Of a stretch of 27,734 bases of DNA, positions 9,405 through 18,855 are shown one piece after another. Below the pieces are notes generated by a model. It was not told the DNA's origin and did no database searches. It worked only from the letters and a program-made list of their open reading frames with translations. Position 1 is the stretch's first letter. The number at the start of each line of letters is the position of its first letter. Source of the stretch: a virus (taxonomy: Duplodnaviria > Caudoviricetes); IMG/VR virus record IMGVR_UViG_3300011336_000712, positions 1-27,734 of that record; one strand, written 5' to 3'. A program made the position numbers and the translations under genes.

Positions 9405-10064
9405 CTACACATTAAAGATAGCGTCCACCTCTTCGTGGGTGACCTCGCTCCAGGGATTTTGGCAAAGCTTAAAATTATTGGCGAACTGAGCCAGGTCATA
9501 GGGACTCAAGCTCTTCTCCAGGTTCCTGATTGCTTTTACTTCGTGGGGAGCAGCAGTGTAAGAACGGAAGGCGGCCAACAAAAGGTCAGTGACTTCGTGA
9601 GGAACGGCTTTGATTTCTCGCAAGAACAACTCAACTTCCTCTCGCCTGCGATCTACCATGCCGCCAACGACATTGTGATAGTAGTCGTAGATCCATTGAT
9701 TCATTGTCCTTACAGTCCCAGGCCAGTCTTCAATTTCAACTTGATCAGGGATTGCGCTGTAAAGAAAAGACTCCCAGCCAATAGAGTGAATAAACGACAG
9801 CAAAGCTTGTCGCATGTAAGTATCTAGACCAAGATTTAACTTTTCTAAATTCTGATCAATCACTGCAAGCTCATGGTACAGATACTCCATGGCCTTATGT
9901 TTCGTGCAGCACTGCCCACGTTTTACCGGCTCTCCGTCTGGGTAAAACTGTGTGCCAAAACCAATGGTGTAAGGCTCAGCTTCCGTTATGGGATCTGCAT
10001 AAGCCTTTTCATTAAACCCCTCATGTTTGCAAATGAGGCGTACTGCTTCACTAAAGTCTGACAT
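9405..10064 (-). CDS. Phage lysozyme (GH24-like) endolysin
   Basis: ICKHEGFNEKAYADP....YTIGFGT gives the E-D-T triad layout; GMVDRRREE matches the GLxxRRxxE motif. Confidence 0.85.
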   Translation of the reverse strand: MSDFSEAVRLICKHEGFNEKAYADPITEAEPYTIGFGTQFYPDGEPVKRGQCCTKHKAMEYLYHELAVIDQNLEKLNLGLDTYMRQALLSFIHSIGWESFLYSAIPDQVEIEDWPGTVRTMNQWIYDYYHNVVGGMVDRRREEVELFLREIKAVPHEVTDLLLAAFRSYTAAPHEVKAIRNLEKSLSPYDLAQFANNFKLCQNPWSEVTHEEVDAIFNV

Positions 10065-10107
10065 GGGAGCAACTATCGTTACTCCCAATCATACACACTA
10101 ATTTAGA

Positions 10108-10233
10108 TTACTTGCCCTGACCCCTGCTTAGCTTGCGTCCGTGGTTGGGTTTGGAGTGTGCGCCATCGCCCTGCCTGGTCAATTTGGGACGAGATTCAAT
10201 CTTGACCAATGCGGTTGACTTGGGTTTTGCCAT
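10108..10233 (-). CDS. Small basic phage protein (41 aa, ends RGQGK)
   Basis: Below the ORF-track cutoff. Hand translation: MAKPKSTALVKIESRPKLTRQGDGAHSKPNHGRKLSRGQGK*. The TRQG...RGQGK pattern is common in aquatic phage microproteins. Confidence 0.75.
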   Translation of the reverse strand: MAKPKSTALVKIESRPKLTRQGDGAHSKPNHGRKLSRGQGK

Positions 10234-10282
10234 GGTGAGCTAGATGGGGCGTGGTTAATTTAACCGAATTTTTGCGAGCTGT

Positions 10283-10582
10283 CTACCACTTGACCTTATG
10301 GCTCCAATATCTGGCAGACATCTTATCGGGGCTTGAGTCTTGTGCGTTATGTCGAGCGTAATAAGACTTTCTACGTGCCTTATCCTTTTCTGTTTTTGGG
10401 TTTTTACCAGCGCCCTCTACGCCTTGCTGGCCAAAACGCACAATTTTTTCTTCCCCTCCTTCGCAAGCTTTTACAACATGGCTTTTGGTCGGATGCCCTG
10501 GCGTCTTTCTTGGTTTGTTGCATTCCATTGAATCCTTGTGAAGCTTAGCTGCAGAAGCGGCCTTGCGTGCTTTGTCAGACAT
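10283..10582 (-). CDS. Small basic phage protein
   Basis: KSHVV...KIVRFGQQG...ARRKSYYARH...SARYWS...W pattern; coupled to the upstream gene (TAATG at 10580-10584). Confidence 0.8.
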   Translation of the reverse strand: MSDKARKAASAAKLHKDSMECNKPRKTPGHPTKSHVVKACEGGEEKIVRFGQQGVEGAGKNPKTEKDKARRKSYYARHNAQDSSPDKMSARYWSHKVKW

Positions 10583-13500
10583 TAGCTAAACCCTTTAAAC
10601 ATTGATGTAAATTCACCAAGGATAGATTGAGCCGCCTTTGACTTGGTCGGAAGCTCTTCTTCATCTCCTCCAAATATATTAAAATAAGAAGATTTTGAGG
10701 TATCTTTTGTTTTTGTCGTTGTCGTCGTTGGCTCTGGCTGATCAAAGAAGCTAGAGATATTGGAGAACGCACTAAAGGGATCAGAAAGATCCAGGGCTTC
10801 AGTGGTCAATCCTTCTTTAGATAACGCTTTACTTAGAGTTTTTTGCTCTTCCCTATCGACATCTGGCATGAAGTTTGTATAGAAATCGTCCTCGCTTCCT
10901 TCAAAACCAGCAGATTTAAATATTTGATATAACTGAGTCTCGGCCTCGGGGCTAATATCTTTTTTATCTGCTTCCCTTTCAATGTAACTAACTCCAAGCT
11001 TTTCTTGATTTGGCGTTTCTTTTTGTTCGTTTAAATATTTGATACTCTCTCGGATGTTCTTGGCCTCTTCTGTTCTAAACGAATCAATCAAGTATTGTTT
11101 AACGTTCTCAACGGTAGCCTGTTCTCCCTCTAGTCCAATTTGTTTAAGGATTTTATCCCATTCTTCTTTGTTCTTCTCAGGGCTAACAGATTGCAAAATA
11201 GAATCTGCAAATTCTTCAGGTGTGACAAACTTCATGAATGCTGTGTCACCATACAGGTCTTTGCGAATGACCAGTTCTTCTGTTGCTTCTGTAATTTTTT
11301 TCTGTAGTTCGTTGTAACCCAAGATGTTTTCAGCTGGGTCCAGGGTAATCGGGTTACCTTCCGCATCCTTCAGCTGGCCCGTTGAACCTAGCACTTGGTA
11401 ATGAAGCTTGGCAAAGACCTTGGGATCAGTCTTGTAGGTACCTTCGTAACCATAACGATAAGCTTCGGTTGCCCAGTCCACACCATTGGAACTTAACCCA
11501 TTTTTTGCTGCTTCAAAGTCTGTGTTGACAATAGCTTTTTGATTTTCGTAGGTTAATTTTTCAGCTGAAGTCAATTCTTTGGTTGCCTTGGCAACCGGGT
11601 CTAAATAAAAATCAGAATCAAAACTTTTCTTCGCCGCTTCAGCGGTTTTGTAAAAACTTAGCATTGCATTACTGCGAAGCTCTGCAACTTGCTTCAATTT
11701 ATTGATAACCGATTGAGACTGGAAGATGTTCTGCTCTTCTTCTTTTACATCTAGATAGCTGACAAACTCATCCATCGACTTTGATTGATCAAAGCGTGGC
11801 TTAATGTAGCCATTAATGAAACTACCCAGGAACTCTTTTTGTGAATCTTGATCAACCTTAAGTAGTAATTCTTTGAATTGATCTTTATTGTTAATGTCTA
11901 ATTTGTATTGTTCTGCTTTTTGCATCAACAAAGGCTTTTCTGCTTGAGGATTAACTTTTAATGCTGCGTCATATTCCGCTTTGTCCCGTCGCACCTGCTC
12001 TTGGTACTGATTGATCTCCTCGTCAGTACGGTCATCAAGATCCAACTGGAAAGTTTCATAACGCTTTAATAGCGTTTCATCAAACCATTTCTGCCAGTTG
12101 TAAACGGTTGTGTTGGAAGATACTCCGGTGAGACCTGCAATATCTTTTTCAAGTTGCGTTTTAAATGTTTTCTTGGGGTCCACAAAACCTAGCATGCCAC
12201 CAAATGAGGCATCTCCAAGAATTGAGTTGCTAAGCGTGGTATTGATACTCATGATCTCACTGTAAGTAGGGAGATTTTTCATAAGCATTAAATTGGATTC
12301 TTTTTCTTTTGCTTTTTTCAGTGCATTGATTGACTGTTGCAAAACATCTTGAGCAAGTAGTTGAAGCTGTTTTTCTTGCCTGCTTGATTCCGAAGTTAAA
12401 GTGCTAGCGATGTTTTGTTCCAGGACCGTGTTCAGCTCTGCTTCGTTAAGAAGTTTCCCCTCGGCGTCATATTCTGGAGTCGCAAGTTTAATTACATCAG
12501 TACCATTTTGAGTTGTGATGCCTAAAACTTGATCTCGGTACAATTGCTTCTCGTAATCAGTAAGTGTTTCAGTATATTTAGTTGCTTGCTCAGCCTCCAG
12601 GGCTTGGTTGGCACGGTACCCTGCATGCCTACCAACATTTGTGTAGTGCTGCAGAAGGTAGGTATTTTTGTCGTATCGCGCAGTTATATCGAGGTTTTTA
12701 AATGTACGGCCGTTTACATTTACAGCTTGTGCTGCATTCCACTCAGCCGCTGCCCCAGGATAGTTTGTTTCATAATACTTGACATCAAAACCTCCAGTGG
12801 GAGGCTTTGCTCCTTGTGTGGTCGCATCCCATGGGGACACTTTCTCAGTCAAGTAAAAAGAATCAAACGAAGATTTTGTAGTGTTAAAAACATCTGCAAT
12901 TTCCGAGCTATTCAAGCCGGCGTTTCGGAGAACGCTATCATCTAAAGACTTTAATTTAGTTAAGTAGTCTCCACCTTGCGTAGTGGAAGCCAAGGAAATT
13001 ACCGAAGAACTAAAATTGTTGATGGCTGTATTTTTGTTTTTTATTGTTTGGTTTTGCGTATTTAATTGTGTTGCTGCACTATTGCGATTTGAGGCTTGTG
13101 TCGTATTGTAATTTGTTGCTGCAGTGTTCTGTAAAGTAGGTTTTGTTACCGTGTTGTACTGTGTTGCAGCCGTGTTACGGTTTGCAATATCCGCATTGTT
13201 AGCTGCAGTATTACTAACGTTGGTGGCATTGTTTGCATCTAGCTGATTCCTGGCATTAAGCAGAGCAGTTTTTCTGCTGTCATTGTCTCCATCGGGAAAA
13301 CTAAACCCGTAATCACCTATTTGTTTTCCGTCTCTTAACGTATAGCTTTTCCAGTTAGTACCAGGGTCGTTATCTTGTATTCTTACTTCATCAACTTTTC
13401 CGTTAGCTTTAAACTTAACAAAAAATTTCTGAGTGGTTGGTAAATTTGTCGCCCTGTTTGCGGGATAAGTTGACGCAAAATCAGCCGCTGTTTTACTTGG

Positions 13501-13635
13501 ATAGTCAGAGGCAAAATCAGCTGCTGTTTTATTTGGATAAGTAGAGGTAAAGTCTGCACCAGAATAGTCTGTTTTTTGATTTACCGCATAGTTAAACGGA
13601 GTCCAAGATTTTGTGTTTGTATTGTAAACAGCCAT
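10582..13635 (-). CDS. Large (1017 aa) putative virion protein
   Basis: Long ORF with an N/T/A-rich repetitive N-terminus and an acidic, helical-looking remainder. Function inferred from context only. Confidence 0.7.
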   Translation of the reverse strand: MAVYNTNTKSWTPFNYAVNQKTDYSGADFTSTYPNKTAADFASDYPSKTAADFASTYPANRATNLPTTQKFFVKFKANGKVDEVRIQDNDPGTNWKSYTLRDGKQIGDYGFSFPDGDNDSRKTALLNARNQLDANNATNVSNTAANNADIANRNTAATQYNTVTKPTLQNTAATNYNTTQASNRNSAATQLNTQNQTIKNKNTAINNFSSSVISLASTTQGGDYLTKLKSLDDSVLRNAGLNSSEIADVFNTTKSSFDSFYLTEKVSPWDATTQGAKPPTGGFDVKYYETNYPGAAAEWNAAQAVNVNGRTFKNLDITARYDKNTYLLQHYTNVGRHAGYRANQALEAEQATKYTETLTDYEKQLYRDQVLGITTQNGTDVIKLATPEYDAEGKLLNEAELNTVLEQNIASTLTSESSRQEKQLQLLAQDVLQQSINALKKAKEKESNLMLMKNLPTYSEIMSINTTLSNSILGDASFGGMLGFVDPKKTFKTQLEKDIAGLTGVSSNTTVYNWQKWFDETLLKRYETFQLDLDDRTDEEINQYQEQVRRDKAEYDAALKVNPQAEKPLLMQKAEQYKLDINNKDQFKELLLKVDQDSQKEFLGSFINGYIKPRFDQSKSMDEFVSYLDVKEEEQNIFQSQSVINKLKQVAELRSNAMLSFYKTAEAAKKSFDSDFYLDPVAKATKELTSAEKLTYENQKAIVNTDFEAAKNGLSSNGVDWATEAYRYGYEGTYKTDPKVFAKLHYQVLGSTGQLKDAEGNPITLDPAENILGYNELQKKITEATEELVIRKDLYGDTAFMKFVTPEEFADSILQSVSPEKNKEEWDKILKQIGLEGEQATVENVKQYLIDSFRTEEAKNIRESIKYLNEQKETPNQEKLGVSYIEREADKKDISPEAETQLYQIFKSAGFEGSEDDFYTNFMPDVDREEQKTLSKALSKEGLTTEALDLSDPFSAFSNISSFFDQPEPTTTTTKTKDTSKSSYFNIFGGDEEELPTKSKAAQSILGEFTSMFKGFS
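13462..13557 (-). repeat. Three tandem 12-aa (36-nt) repeats ADF(T/A)S(T/D)YPxKTA
   Basis: ADFTSTYPNKTA-ADFASDYPSKTA-ADFASTYP in the translation. Confidence 0.9.
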
Positions 13636-13638
13636 TAT

Positions 13639-14007
13639 TTATGCGGCAAAATTTTTATCGTCAATCCTGGGTTTCCAGGGGAGTAATTCTAGTGTATCTT
13701 GTTGCATCCAGGCGATGATTTTTTCTAGTTTTAAACAATCAAAAAAAGATTGTTTTGAGTACCATTCTTGCATTTTTTCACTGGCCTTGTTGGTGTTACA
13801 TCTCCTGCAAGCAGGTAAAAGATTATGGCGATTAGAAGACCCAGATTTAAACCTGGGTATTATATGATCCAGGCTTGTTGCAGGCTCTCCACAATAACCA
13901 CAGGAATGGTTCCAGGATTTATAAATTTCATCTCGAAAACGTTTCTTGGCAAGTTTTGGCGTTAATTCAACTAGCAGGGCAAGGGGCTCGTGCTCGTTGC
14001 AAAACAT
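13639..14007 (-). CDS. HNH endonuclease (McrA-like)
   Basis: CGYCG...SLDHIIP...G.....NLLPACRRCNTNK. Confidence 0.9.
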   Translation of the reverse strand: MFCNEHEPLALLVELTPKLAKKRFRDEIYKSWNHSCGYCGEPATSLDHIIPRFKSGSSNRHNLLPACRRCNTNKASEKMQEWYSKQSFFDCLKLEKIIAWMQQDTLELLPWKPRIDDKNFAA

Positions 14008-14089
14008 GTATTTAATTGCCGTTATCTTATTTTAATTTCACCTATCTGTTACGTTCAAAAGTAAAGAGATAAAATTTTTATTAAACCGG

Positions 14090-14117
14090 TTGACAGGGCC
14101 TTGACACCAGCTACTGT
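14090..14117 (+). promoter_or_regulatory. Sigma70-type promoter candidate
   Basis: TTGACA (14090-14095), 16 nt, TACTGT (14112-14117). A second TTGACA lies at 14101-14106. Confidence 0.5.
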
Positions 14118-14143
14118 AGATGGGTAAACGCCCTGTGGCAGTC

Positions 14144-14362
14144 ATGGCAAAACACCAAGGATGGGTCTCCGTCCAGCGTGCGGAAGAACTCCTCGGTATC
14201 GACCGCAAGACACTCTTCAAGTATCGCGACAACGGTACCCTGAAGCTCGGTCCGCATTTTGCAGCGTTTGCTAGCACTCGTTCACGGGACAGCTATCTGT
14301 GGAACGTGAGTGCAGTACGCAAGCATCTTGCTAAACAAGAAAAGCTTACTGCTGTCGCTTAA
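14144..14362 (+). CDS. Small HTH DNA-binding protein (excisionase-like)
   Basis: WVSVQRAEELLGIDRKTLFKYRDNG HTH pattern; has its own promoter candidate and terminator. Confidence 0.75.
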   Translation: MAKHQGWVSVQRAEELLGIDRKTLFKYRDNGTLKLGPHFAAFASTRSRDSYLWNVSAVRKHLAKQEKLTAVA

Positions 14363-14385
14363 GCTTTCAAAGAAAAAGAACAACG

Positions 14386-14410
14386 GCTCCGGTGATACGG
14401 AGCTTTTTTT
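14386..14410 (+). terminator. Rho-independent terminator
   Basis: GCTCCG-gtgata-CGGAGC followed by a T run. Confidence 0.85.
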
Positions 14411-14630
14411 ATGCGGGTTCAATGCCACTTGCGTATGCGGCCCAGGCTAAGCCCACTGCTTCCATCGTTGACAGCTCATCGCTTGCGTAAGGAAAGTTGA
14501 CAACGTCTCCTGGGGAATAAACAATGGGGTTGCCGCTGTAGTACACAGTGCTGTTACCAAAGGCACTGGTATCTAATTGATTATCAGAGAGTACGTATTT
14601 AGTTTCAATTACATCTCCAAAATCAGCCAC
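14409..14630 (-). CDS. Small hypothetical protein (73 aa)
   Basis: GTG at 14630 overlaps the upstream stop (GTGGCTGA), suggesting translational coupling. Confidence 0.65.
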   Translation of the reverse strand: MADFGDVIETKYVLSDNQLDTSAFGNSTVYYSGNPIVYSPGDVVNFPYASDELSTMEAVGLAWAAYASGIEPA

Positions 14631-16083
14631 TTGTAAACGCTCCGTCTTTGCGCTGTATCTCAAAGTTAGCACGCTTAATAAAACTGGTCGGCACGTTTAA
14701 AAGTTTTTGCATCATCGGTAGCATCTGCGGAGACTGGAAATTACTTGGAGGCAAATCCATATACTTAAGGCCATTTATAGAGTCTATGTATTCAGCGTGT
14801 TTCTTCATTACGCTTGATTCATTGACAAGCTTTTGTTCCCACCTGACCATGCCTTCGTCCATGTCAATAGGTACATCAGACGGTTCAGGGAGAATAATAC
14901 CTTCTTGAAAACGCAATGCGTAGATATGCTTGCAATAGCGCATCTCGTCTAACAACGGAGTCCAGTAGTCATCAAAACTAACGATCTGATTATCTACGGC
15001 TTTGTAGTCAACAAATGTACCAGGGCCTTCTGCTGCACCTGCACTTGGTATGTTTCGCAGATATCTCCCGCCAAAATCCCTGAACAATCCAGGATTGTCT
15101 ACTGATTCAAATGTAAGAGCAAGTCTTCTATTTTCATCTTCGTTAGTTACAGCGTTATTGTTTATGCTTCCATTCGCATCCGTGATTAACTCATGACGAC
15201 CATACTTCAAGGAAGATGGTTTTGTGTAAGGAAATCTCTTCGTAGAGCTACCTAACATGTCACGGAAATAGGCATAACTCCTGCGACTAAAGTCTTGGCA
15301 CGTGCAAGCGTATCTAGTGCCAAGCGTCAAAAACCTATCAACAGCAGGCGGACGACTTGCAGGAGTAATAAAAACACCATCTGGAGTCGATTCAAAAGAC
15401 CCAGCTTTTTTTAAAGTAAGAACACCCGATGTTCCATTTACGTCTAGCAACAGTGCCTGGACGTATCCATACCTTTTATTTGTGGACGGGTTTAACGTAT
15501 CACTTGTCAGAGGCGTGCCTCCAGGCTCCAGGAGGCGGTCTTCGATGATCTCGCCGTTCAGTGGCTTGAGTGCCGCACTACTGCCCACAGGGGGCACGTA
15601 GAGGGGCGCTGGGAGAGGGTTGCTGCCGTTCCAGGTACCGGCCAGCTGTACGTACCAATTATCTGCGTCTTCGGTAACAGAGGCAACGCTTGCTCTGGTA
15701 CCAGTGGAATCAAATACGTTATCAAAACGTAGCAGTGCACCAACACGACATCCAGTCCAATGGATGCCAAATTCTCTGTTCGATGTTGGAAACCCTTGTA
15801 CAACACCTACGATCAATGGTTTGTTGCCAGGGTGTACATCGGTCCCCGGCGGTGTTGGCATTGTGTAACGGAAGGGGAACGTTAAACCACGTTGGATGCC
15901 TACCGTTACAGCTAGTTCATATCCACGCCGCCATCTTGTCCAGGCAGATTCCCTATCCATTGCAACAATGGAGTTAGGCACTGCACCCCGAGAAAATTCC
16001 GTGGTTATGGGCTTAATAGCGGCTGGTTTAAATTCAATCCTTTGACTAAAGTTGCCAAAGAGATCACCCTGCTTGGGCGACAT
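14623..16083 (-). CDS. Hypothetical protein with split SWIM-like zinc finger
   Basis: YACTCQDF and YCKHIYAL half-motifs separated by 121 aa. Confidence 0.7.
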   Translation of the reverse strand: MSPKQGDLFGNFSQRIEFKPAAIKPITTEFSRGAVPNSIVAMDRESAWTRWRRGYELAVTVGIQRGLTFPFRYTMPTPPGTDVHPGNKPLIVGVVQGFPTSNREFGIHWTGCRVGALLRFDNVFDSTGTRASVASVTEDADNWYVQLAGTWNGSNPLPAPLYVPPVGSSAALKPLNGEIIEDRLLEPGGTPLTSDTLNPSTNKRYGYVQALLLDVNGTSGVLTLKKAGSFESTPDGVFITPASRPPAVDRFLTLGTRYACTCQDFSRRSYAYFRDMLGSSTKRFPYTKPSSLKYGRHELITDANGSINNNAVTNEDENRRLALTFESVDNPGLFRDFGGRYLRNIPSAGAAEGPGTFVDYKAVDNQIVSFDDYWTPLLDEMRYCKHIYALRFQEGIILPEPSDVPIDMDEGMVRWEQKLVNESSVMKKHAEYIDSINGLKYMDLPPSNFQSPQMLPMMQKLLNVPTSFIKRANFEIQRKDGAFTSG

Positions 16084-16086
16084 GGC

Positions 16087-16863
16087 TTAGAAGAATCCGC
16101 CTTGTGCGTAAATGTGAGCGCCGGGAGTGTAACCAGAGATGTTCGGACCTTCTGCAAAAACACCCACGTAAATACGGTCGCCACGTTCCAGGTAGATCCC
16201 TTTATTGCGGAGAGGAGCTGTGGGACCAAGACCGGTGGTGTTACCTGCTTGAGCCGTAGGTGCAGCAAGAGCGGGTAACACGTCAGAGCAATCAACCTGC
16301 CCACTGCCAGCAGGGACTGTTTTGGTGAACAGTACACGATAGTCACCTGATGCCGGAATAGGCGTGGTGGTGTTGCGTGTATGGTAGAAAACAAAAGTTA
16401 CAGCAGGCTGGTTATAAGCAACGCCGTTGTAGCTAAAACCGCTTGTAGTACCACCAGAGAAAATCAAGCTGGTGTTAACACCAGTCAAAGTAGTGGCACC
16501 GGTATAGGTATAGTAACCAAAGCCACTCATGGCGGCAGTACCAAGAACACCTGTGTTCTGGATAAAGACTTGCTGACCGCTGGTCAGAGCAATCACAGTG
16601 CCAGACGTACCACTACTGATTGTGTAATCAGCGTCACGATACTTGTCATTTCTGACAATTGTAACGGAATCAACAACGCCACCACTATTGTTGTCTTCAC
16701 TGAAGGTCGCGTCCATATCGACCAGGATCGAAGGGGATTGGCCACCTTGAACAAAGACGGTATTGCCGGCCTGGCTGCCAACTGTCTGTGTAGTAACACG
16801 GACAGAGTCAAATAAAGGCCGGTCAACCAACAGGGGTTGCTTATTTGTACTAGTAGAGGACAA
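16087..16863 (-). CDS. Putative structural protein
   Basis: 258-aa T/G/S-rich ORF; TTG start with AGGAG RBS; lies in the virion gene block. Confidence 0.7.
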   Translation of the reverse strand: MSSTSTNKQPLLVDRPLFDSVRVTTQTVGSQAGNTVFVQGGQSPSILVDMDATFSEDNNSGGVVDSVTIVRNDKYRDADYTISSGTSGTVIALTSGQQVFIQNTGVLGTAAMSGFGYYTYTGATTLTGVNTSLIFSGGTTSGFSYNGVAYNQPAVTFVFYHTRNTTTPIPASGDYRVLFTKTVPAGSGQVDCSDVLPALAAPTAQAGNTTGLGPTAPLRNKGIYLERGDRIYVGVFAEGPNISGYTPGAHIYAQGGFF

Positions 16864-16901
16864 TTGATTTCTCCTGGGCTATTACACTTATTTTAGCAAT
16901 A

Positions 16902-17597
16902 TTACTGTCGGCCAGTTAATTGTGCCAGGAACGGACTTACCGGCGTGTAGTACTCAGCATCAAACAGATCTTTGTCCATTTGACTCGCAGAAGGAGACAT
17001 CAGGGACAACAGTTTTTGATTGATGTTTTGATTGCCACCTGCCAACATTTGTCCCATGAACATACCAAGCAAAGCCTGGGGATCAATAGAACTTTTAGCT
17101 GGTGTACCAGAAGTGGCTGCAGGAGCAGAAGTTTGCTGAGTTAGCGGATCTCCTAGGGTTGCTTGCGCAGCCTTGTAAAGAGAACCACCTTCTTTAAATT
17201 TCGGCAAAGAACTTGCAACGGATGTGCCAAACGAATCCTTGGCATTAAGATTTACGTTTGGATTTCCACCTAAGATCGTCGCGTATGCACGATCAATACC
17301 CATTTGACCCGGCTTATACCCACGGTCGGTAAGGAATTTCTCTACGGCCGGCAGCTGTTCTGCAATTGTGTAATTACCTAGCTTATTTTTATCTAGATAT
17401 TTTGCACGTTCTGGACCGCCAAATTGGATTAGGCCGTAATAGTTGCCACCAGCCCCACCGTAAACATTAGGTCTGAACCCAGACTCTTGGTGAATAAGCG
17501 CACCAAATTCGTAGGGGTTCAAGCCAAGACGTTGCGCTGATTGAAATACAGCGGCGCGGTCTTCCGGTTTTAGGGTTCCAATGCGTCCAGTACTCAT
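16902..17597 (-). CDS. Lytic transglycosylase/lysozyme-like domain protein, possibly virion-associated
   Basis: ALIHQESGFRP...YGLIQF matches the SLT-like ES and GLxQ motifs; low-complexity C-terminal tail. Confidence 0.75.
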   Translation of the reverse strand: MSTGRIGTLKPEDRAAVFQSAQRLGLNPYEFGALIHQESGFRPNVYGGAGGNYYGLIQFGGPERAKYLDKNKLGNYTIAEQLPAVEKFLTDRGYKPGQMGIDRAYATILGGNPNVNLNAKDSFGTSVASSLPKFKEGGSLYKAAQATLGDPLTQQTSAPAATSGTPAKSSIDPQALLGMFMGQMLAGGNQNINQKLLSLMSPSASQMDKDLFDAEYYTPVSPFLAQLTGRQ

Positions 17598-17607
17598 GGT
17601 ATTTACC

Positions 17608-17724
17608 TTATTCTCCTACCCAATTTGAACTTGCTTTGAGACCAGGGATAAATACGGTTTGCAGCGCAAGGGCCGTAGCTAGATAGGTCAAAGTACGTTT
17701 AACAAACTTAGGACAGAGAATCAT
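17608..17724 (-). CDS. 38-aa signal-peptide-like microprotein
   Basis: Hand translation: MILCPKFVKRTLTYLATALALQTVFIPGLKASSNWVGE*. Basic N-terminus then hydrophobic core; fills the intergenic gap. Confidence 0.5.
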   Translation of the reverse strand: MILCPKFVKRTLTYLATALALQTVFIPGLKASSNWVGE

Positions 17725-17729
17725 TGGTT

Positions 17730-17806
17730 TAAAGCAACTACACTGGCACCCATAGATCAGAGATCTGCGTCCAGTTGGCTGGGCTTACATGCTGTGCAAT
17801 GCCAGA
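17730..17806 (-). ncRNA. Candidate structured RNA element (unassigned)
   Basis: CUGGCAU/GUGCCAG closing stem encloses the CCAG-ccaa-CUGG and AGAUC-ucu-GAUCU hairpins. Confidence 0.3.
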
Positions 17807-17809
17807 TGG

Positions 17810-18853
17810 TTATTTAGCTTGTGCGCTTAACAGTTTCTTTTTAAACTCTTCAGCCTGTGCCTGAGCTTTGTCTGAGGCCAGACTTGAAGCGTACGCATTT
17901 GCGTCAGGAGTCAAGCTAGTTCCAACAGGCGAAAGACCTTGGGCGTTTTGATAAGAAGCCATCGGTGCAGGAACGCTACCAGGAGCAAGTAATGCATTCA
18001 TGCCGGTCTGCAGAGGAGTACCGCCAGGGGCTGCATCTTGGAACCGGGTAAACATCTTGGCTTGCTGTTGATTGGCTGCGCCACCAAAGTAGCTGGACTC
18101 AGCACCAAGACCAGTTGCTCCAGTGAATGCAGAAGGTGCGACTGTTGTGTAATCAACCGGTCCGGTCGGCGCGGCGGTGGCAAGCGGATTAGAGGGATTG
18201 AAAAGTAAGCTAGTAGGCTGAGCACCAGCAAATGCACCCATCTCAGTAGGTTGGCCCATGGCACCTGCGTTGAGAGTGCCTTGAATTGCATCGTAACCCG
18301 ACTGGCCAGGCTTCACTTTAGCTGCAAGACCGCCGTGCTTTTGTGCCCAGATCTGCATGCCAATATCACGAGCGGCATTCATTTCTTCTTGGGTCTTGGC
18401 ACCGGCACGTGCACGTTCGTAACGCTGAAGCTCAGGGTCTTGTGCGGTGAGCTGAGCAACGCGTGATGCTTCTTGCTGGTATGCACGTTCGACGGCAGGG
18501 GAGTAGGAACCTTGCTGACCTTGGGTAGGAGCAACTGAATAACCGGCATTACCGCCACTGCCACCACGGTTCCCTAAACGCAGCTCAGCATCACGGTAAG
18601 ACTCGCCTCGCCGATCTTTTGGAGGGATAGCGCCCCACTGTGGCTTTTGTGCTGTATCTCCACCAAGAGATAATGCAGTGCCGAGCGCTCCAAGGATACC
18701 GCCACCAGCAAGCTGAGCCGCAGACATGCCTCGATTAAGTAAGGCGCCGGCAGCAGGTGTAGCCTGTCGTAAGGTGAGTCCTGCAGCGCTACCGCCAAAA
18801 CGACTTGCTAATCCTGGAATAGCGGACATACCGCGAAGAAGTGCCGGGTTCAT
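17810..18853 (-). CDS. A/G/Q-rich putative internal virion protein
   Basis: ATG at 18853 with GGAGGT RBS; composition like ejection/internal proteins. Confidence 0.7.
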   Translation of the reverse strand: MNPALLRGMSAIPGLASRFGGSAAGLTLRQATPAAGALLNRGMSAAQLAGGGILGALGTALSLGGDTAQKPQWGAIPPKDRRGESYRDAELRLGNRGGSGGNAGYSVAPTQGQQGSYSPAVERAYQQEASRVAQLTAQDPELQRYERARAGAKTQEEMNAARDIGMQIWAQKHGGLAAKVKPGQSGYDAIQGTLNAGAMGQPTEMGAFAGAQPTSLLFNPSNPLATAAPTGPVDYTTVAPSAFTGATGLGAESSYFGGAANQQQAKMFTRFQDAAPGGTPLQTGMNALLAPGSVPAPMASYQNAQGLSPVGTSLTPDANAYASSLASDKAQAQAEEFKKKLLSAQAK

Positions 18854-18855
18854 AA

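Noticed and set aside
13639-14007. Third HNH as another recoding cassette
   Set aside because: Same strand as the downstream gene, different HNH subtype, no INPxTG domain and no duplicated gene end seen in its flanks.
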